NCBI GenBank assembly: GCA_012841145.1 | Contig: DUVH01000024.1 | Location: forward strand, 70,711-134,710 | Source of the DNA: Clostridiaceae bacterium | Lineage (GTDB): Bacteria; Bacillota; Clostridia; Saccharofermentanales; DTU023 | DNA: 64,000 bases | Direction: 5' to 3' | Part shown: in pieces, positions 63,254-64,000 of the stretch | How positions within the stretch are numbered: the first letter of the stretch is position 1 | Layout: each line of letters begins with the position of its first letter | Translations under genes and position numbers: made by a program | The notes under the pieces: generated by a model | The model's database searches: none | Seen by the model: the letters and a program-made list of their open reading frames with translations, nothing else | What the model was told of the DNA's origin: nothing

Positions 63254-64000
63254 ATGACAATCAAACATCCTCGCGATTTACCTAAAATAGACGAGTTTCT
63301 CGGTGACGAGTGTTTCGCCGATGCGATTGAGATGTACGGCTACACGCCGACCATTGAAGCCGCGCGAACAGTCATCGATGAGACGCGATCTGCGCTTTTG
63401 AATCAAGGCAATGTGTGTGATGACGAACCGGCGGGCGACGATGAGACGCCGTTGACTTGTGGACTCCTCCAACAGCGCGTGCTGGATCGGCTCGCACACG
63501 ACGCAAAACCCGGCATACGCCCCGTTATCAATGCGACAGGCGTCATTTTGCATACAAATCTCGGCAGGGCGCCTTTCTCAAAGAAAATCGCCGATGCCGT
63601 CCATGAGATTACGTCATCTTATAGCTCGCTTGAATACAATTTCGAGCAAAAGTCGCGCGGACACAGAAACACTCATGTCGAGAAATTGGTCTGCGAACTG
63701 CTCGACGTCGAGGCGGCGATCGTCGTCAACAATAATGCGGCGGGCGTCCTGCTCGTCCTCTCGACGCTGGCGCGCAACCGCGAAGTCATCGTATCGCGCG
63801 GCGAACTTGTCGAAATCGGCGGTTCATTCAGGATTCCCGAGATTATGGAGGAAAGCCGGGCGATCCTGCGCGGAGTCGGAACGACAAATCGTACGCACCT
63901 TCATGACTACGAGCGAGCTCTTACCGAAGAGACAGCCGCCCTTTTACGCGTTCATACAAGCAATTTCCGACTGATCGGCTTCACGAAGAGCGTCTCGACG
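63254..64000 (+). CDS. selA: L-seryl-tRNA(Sec) selenium transferase, partial (runs off the window)
   Basis: My own translation from ATG 63254 gives ...RPVINATGVILHTNLGRAP, LEYNFEQKSRGHR, VVNNNAAGVLLVL, SRGELVEIGGSFRIPEIM and GTTNRTHLHDYE. This ORF is not in the ORF track. Confidence 0.92.
   Translation, partial: MTIKHPRDLPKIDEFLGDECFADAIEMYGYTPTIEAARTVIDETRSALLNQGNVCDDEPAGDDETPLTCGLLQQRVLDRLAHDAKPGIRPVINATGVILHTNLGRAPFSKKIADAVHEITSSYSSLEYNFEQKSRGHRNTHVEKLVCELLDVEAAIVVNNNAAGVLLVLSTLARNREVIVSRGELVEIGGSFRIPEIMEESRAILRGVGTTNRTHLHDYERALTEETAALLRVHTSNFRLIGFTKSVST

Overview
This is a 64-kb chromosomal segment from a Gram-positive anaerobe. The gene content looks Clostridia-like (veg-ispE, YitT, LCP, membrane pyrophosphatase, class III RNR) and ribosome-binding sites are of the GGAGG type. 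The taxonomic call is inference only.

Positions 1-7381 are visibly more AT-rich than the rest. They form the end of an integrated temperate phage or integrative element: early genes on the minus strand, a divergent Cro/CI-type switch, RhuM, an ImmA-like protease, a membrane-anchored MuF-domain protein, a lipoprotein and a tyrosine integrase. The element abuts a 45-nt 3' half of tRNA-Val(UAC), which I read as the att site.

The remainder is mostly minus-strand housekeeping: hppA, yebC, serS, dtd, ispE, veg, mnmA, pdxS and nrdDG.

Two themes are linked:
- A ygeW / ygfK / ssnA / hydantoinase / MocA-like cluster at 28-40.5 kb. This is the gene set known from the E. coli ygeW-ygfK region and tied to selenium-dependent molybdenum hydroxylases and anaerobic purine/urate catabolism.
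- A selenium locus at 60-64 kb: selD, yedE, a yedF/TusA-like gene, a DUF3343 gene and selA (which runs off the window). selD is itself a selenoprotein gene, with an in-frame UGA at 60106 followed by a SECIS-like hairpin. The ORF track truncates it.

The most unusual item is the class III ribonucleotide reductase operon. The glycyl-radical segment (RRITGYL...RVKH) is a separate 49-aa ORF with its own RBS, lying between a C-terminally truncated nrdD and nrdG.

Several repeat structures are not explained by genes:
- A 5-copy, roughly 45-bp degenerate array that starts inside a CDS 3' end (12.3 kb).
- A duplicated promoter-like block upstream of yebC.
- A 650-bp noncoding gap between convergent genes carrying twin 34-nt palindromes and a 23-nt tandem repeat.
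- A 12-nt TGnnCnCAAA repeat family flanking a LUD-domain gene.

I found no CRISPR array, rRNA or intact tRNA.
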